DNA of 64,000 nt. Source: the human T2T-CHM13v2.0 reference genome, Homo sapiens. Both the position numbers and the translations under genes were made by a program. Below the pieces are notes generated by a model. The model ran no database searches. It was given only the letters and a program-made list of their open reading frames with translations, and was not told where the DNA came from. The stretch lies in NCBI RefSeq assembly GCF_009914755.1, contig NC_060929.1. The stretch is one strand, 5' to 3'. Positions 60,236 through 64,000 of this stretch are shown in pieces. Numbering within the stretch: the first letter of the stretch is position 1; every line of letters starts with the position of its first letter.

Positions 60236-61862
60236 CGGTTTAAAAAAATTTGGTTTAGGATCCATCCTGGCAGATATAATTTTACTGTAATTTGGATTCT
60301 GTACATCTCTTGAGTATAGAAATATTTGTACCTCAGACAATTTAAAGTATCTACTCCTACCACAGAATGTCTCCATACAAAGGAGGCAATTTGAATATTT
60401 AATTTCTATCTTTAAAGATATATAATTTTTGTTTGTGTATTTATTTTAGATTCAGGGTGTACATGTGCATGTTTGTTATGTGAGTAATATTGTGTAATGA
60501 TGGGGATCACATATGTTTTTGAAAAGACGTCTTATGTGTATCATAATGTATACTGGACTAAATTATAAAGAACCGTTACTTTTAGAGATCAGTATTTATT
60601 TTACCCTAAAAGATAATTCTGATATCTTAGCTACTACTCTTGAAAAGTACCAGTTTTTCAATACAATACTGGGTCCTTGTGCAGCTACATCAACATTTTA
60701 ATTTACATTTTCCTGTATCTACGATACAAAATGGTACTTCAGATTGATTTGGCTTCTGTCCTTAGAAAGATGCCAAGAAAAATATGGTGAGTGATAAAGT
60801 AAAGATAAAATATCTAGAATTATTAAAATATAAAAAGATAAATTTTATAGCTTGGAAACTTTATTATAATAACAGTAACAATCATTAACTAATTATAATA
60901 ACACTAATAACAATCATTAATTATACATGTGACTATATATGGTATGCTTCACAAACAATTTCGCATTTTCTCCTCCAATCGATCTTTTGCAGAATGTATT
61001 ATTAGTACCCCTATTTTACAGAAAAAGAAATTGAGGCTTTATTATTGAGAGATTCAATAATCTCCTCAAGGGTTTGCAGATAGTAAAAGGGTGGCAGGAC
61101 TGGAGCCAACCTAAGCTGGTCTAACTCCAAATCCTGTGCCTATCACCACCTTGTTGCAGCTTGTAAGAAACTTGAAGAGCTAATGCCTGAATTCCATTTA
61201 TCCATTCATATTAAGTGGTTCCTTTGTCATTTCTTGAGCTCCTCAAGACAGAACTCTCCATCAACCCATTTCTGAAACCTTGTCTAATGAATTTTATTTA
61301 TTGAGTTGAAATAAGTCTCCCAATAGGTTGAATGTATTGGTCATATATTTTTGCTTTGCTCATAAACACAGAATATTTTTTACACGAGTTATTTTGTATA
61401 TGTCTTCCTCTTATTCATTCAAAAATATGATTTGAGTGCCTACTATTATTCCCAGAGCCAGAAATATAGCAGTAAACAAAATAGATCAATTTCCTGCCCT
61501 TTCAAGGTTTTAGATGGTGTGAGGAGGTAGGCAATAAAATAAATGAATGCAATGTGTAATAGGGAAGGAAGCTAGGCAATGTGGGCAGTGACAGGAATGA
61601 AAATTTTAAGCAAGGAATTTGGCAAGGGCTCACTGAGAACTTAGCCTTGAAGGAGGTGAGAATATGGCCTATGTCATATTCTCTGAGAAAAATGATTTGT
61701 AAGGAGAGCAGGTATAGTACAAGCCTTTTCAGGAAGAAAAAATATAAGAGACAGCAAGGGAGCCAATATGACGGGAGTTCAACAAACATATGGAAAATTG
61801 GAGGAGATGGGAAAGGAGAAGTGACTGGAGTCAGCTAGTGAAAGGCCTCAGGCCATTGTAGA

Positions 61863-62088
61863 GCAGTTTCTCAGCCTCAGCACCACGGATATTTTGGACT
61901 GGAGGACTCTTTATTGTGGGGGACTGTCCGGTGGTCTATAAGATGTTTGACAGCATCCCTCATCTCTGCCTACTATTTTCCAGTAGCATACACAGCCAAT
62001 ATTGTGGTAAACTCAAACATCTTCTGATATTGCTAAATGTCTTCAGAGGAGGTAAAACCCACCTCTCTCCAACCATTGAGAAGCACTG
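61863..62088 (-). mobile_element. MER20, nested in an L2 remnant (~61410-62180)
   Basis: tttctcagcctc...ggggactgtcc...gatgtttgacagcatccct...ttgagaagcactg termini; L2-like sequence on both sides. Confidence 0.78.
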
Positions 62089-62183
62089 TTTTAGAGGCTT
62101 CAACTTTCAATGAAATGAGAAGCCACTGGACTGTTTTAAGCAGAATAAAATGATCTGACTTACATTTTAAAAGCATTATTTAA

Positions 62184-62493
<310 letters not shown>

Positions 62494-64000
62494 TTATTTT
62501 TAGGCCTTATTTTCTTATACTAAAGAGTTTCTCACCTGCTTTCAATGAATGTCCTTGTATAATGTGCCTTTGTTCTCTCTCACTATGTTTGACTTTCTTC
62601 TGTGTTTCACACTTCAATTAAAAGTGTGTTTCTCACACTTCAATTAATAATTAAGATATATATATATATATATATCTTTATTAAGTCATATCATTCATTT
62701 CCTCCCATATGATGGAGTACTTAGATGGAGTGAAAAGCTATGGAGACATGGGGAAAAGTATCATTCCTTCAAAATTTCTGTAAAAGATAGAGATTTTATT
62801 GAGTTTTATAAGTACAGTTCCCCAAGAAGAGCACATTAAAGCAGTAGCTAGTAGATCATCCATACTAAAGAGATGACCTTTTAATAGCTTGGTTACATAG
62901 CAGCCCGGTAAAATCATCAATCAACAAGTATGAATGAAGCATCTACATATACAAAGTACCATATTAGACATAATAATCAATATTTATTGCTTTGCTTTTA
63001 AACATAGCCGAGCATATCTACAACATAAAGCTCTTTTCTGTTTTATTATCAACAGCGTTTCTTGTGTAATTGGAATTATAAACTCTGTAGAAAGTGTGTC
63101 ACTGCTATAGTCACCAGTACTCGTAATCACTAAATTGTCCTTTTCCTCAATGCTTTTCTCTTTCTGAGTGTGTGTATATGTGGCTCTGTGCAAATGATAT
63201 TCATACAGTCCAGTAATGTAGCCATGTTTTACTATTCTGTTTTTGAATTTAAGATACATAATTTCACTTGCCGATCTGCATTATGTATTCTGGATTTATC
63301 TATGAAATCTTTAACATGGAAAATTGTGTGTAGGCAGGATGCAACCCATATAGTTAGATATACCTATTTAGTGAGATACGTAGATAGATAGGTATATTTG
63401 TATCTCAAGGCAGAAATTTGTTAGAAAATATAAATTTTCTTAGATGCCATGCAAGGAATCAGCATAACTAATTATTTTTAAGAATCCCATATTAATGTTC
63501 TCATGTCTGAAAAACAATTTCCAAAGTTTAAAAAAGAGGCTAAAAAATGAAACTTTAGTAGAAGTTAATGGGATTTGGAGGTATGTAAACATCAAGTAGA
63601 ATAATGGTTTATTCTTCACAAATTATTGGGAAATTGTATACACTACCATGTGACTTTTATTTATTTTTAAAAACAAATTCATATTAGCCTTAAGATAAAT
63701 ATATTTCTAAAATGTATCTTATATATTTATATTAACACCATTTAGGATTTTCTTGAGGTTTCATTGACCTCACTATGAATATTGATTTTTTATTGCATTG
63801 TAATACGTAGAAGTTCTTAAAGACTATTGAGATGCCTTAGTAGGTCTCTTTTCTTTATACCAAGAACTTCCAGATTAATTTATTTTGGAGCAGTGTGTTC
63901 ATTCATTCATTTTCTCAACTTTTCTATTCAATAATGAAACATTTATTTAACTTCCCTAGACCAAGAATGGTGCTATGCACTGAAGATACAAATATTTTTA

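Overview
Human (or very closely related great-ape) genomic DNA, AT-rich and repeat-rich. It contains one complete protein-coding gene on the + strand: GABRA6, the GABA-A receptor alpha-6 subunit of the 5q34 GABRB2-GABRA6-GABRA1-GABRG2 cluster. Nine GT-AG-bounded coding exons (22860-38645) splice in phase to 1362 nt, i.e. 453 aa plus stop. The flanks are intergenic: L1, Alu, MIR, L2, MaLR/ERVL LTRs, MER20 and MADE1. I see no new protein-coding or defence-type system, and almost all ORF-track entries outside the exons are repeat-derived or noise. The points most worth a second look: (1) this haplotype encodes Met rather than Thr at codon 187; (2) exon 8 keeps a GABRA3-like A-to-I editing hairpin and is bracketed by inverted Alus, which suggests an untested primate recoding or circRNA hypothesis; (3) an in-frame cryptic acceptor 30 nt into exon 4; (4) a candidate granule-cell enhancer in intron 8; (5) a clean twin-primed 5'-inverted L1 and a MADE1 hairpin abutting a 99-bp tandem duplication. 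Repeat subfamily names and rsIDs are recalled from memory and need database confirmation.
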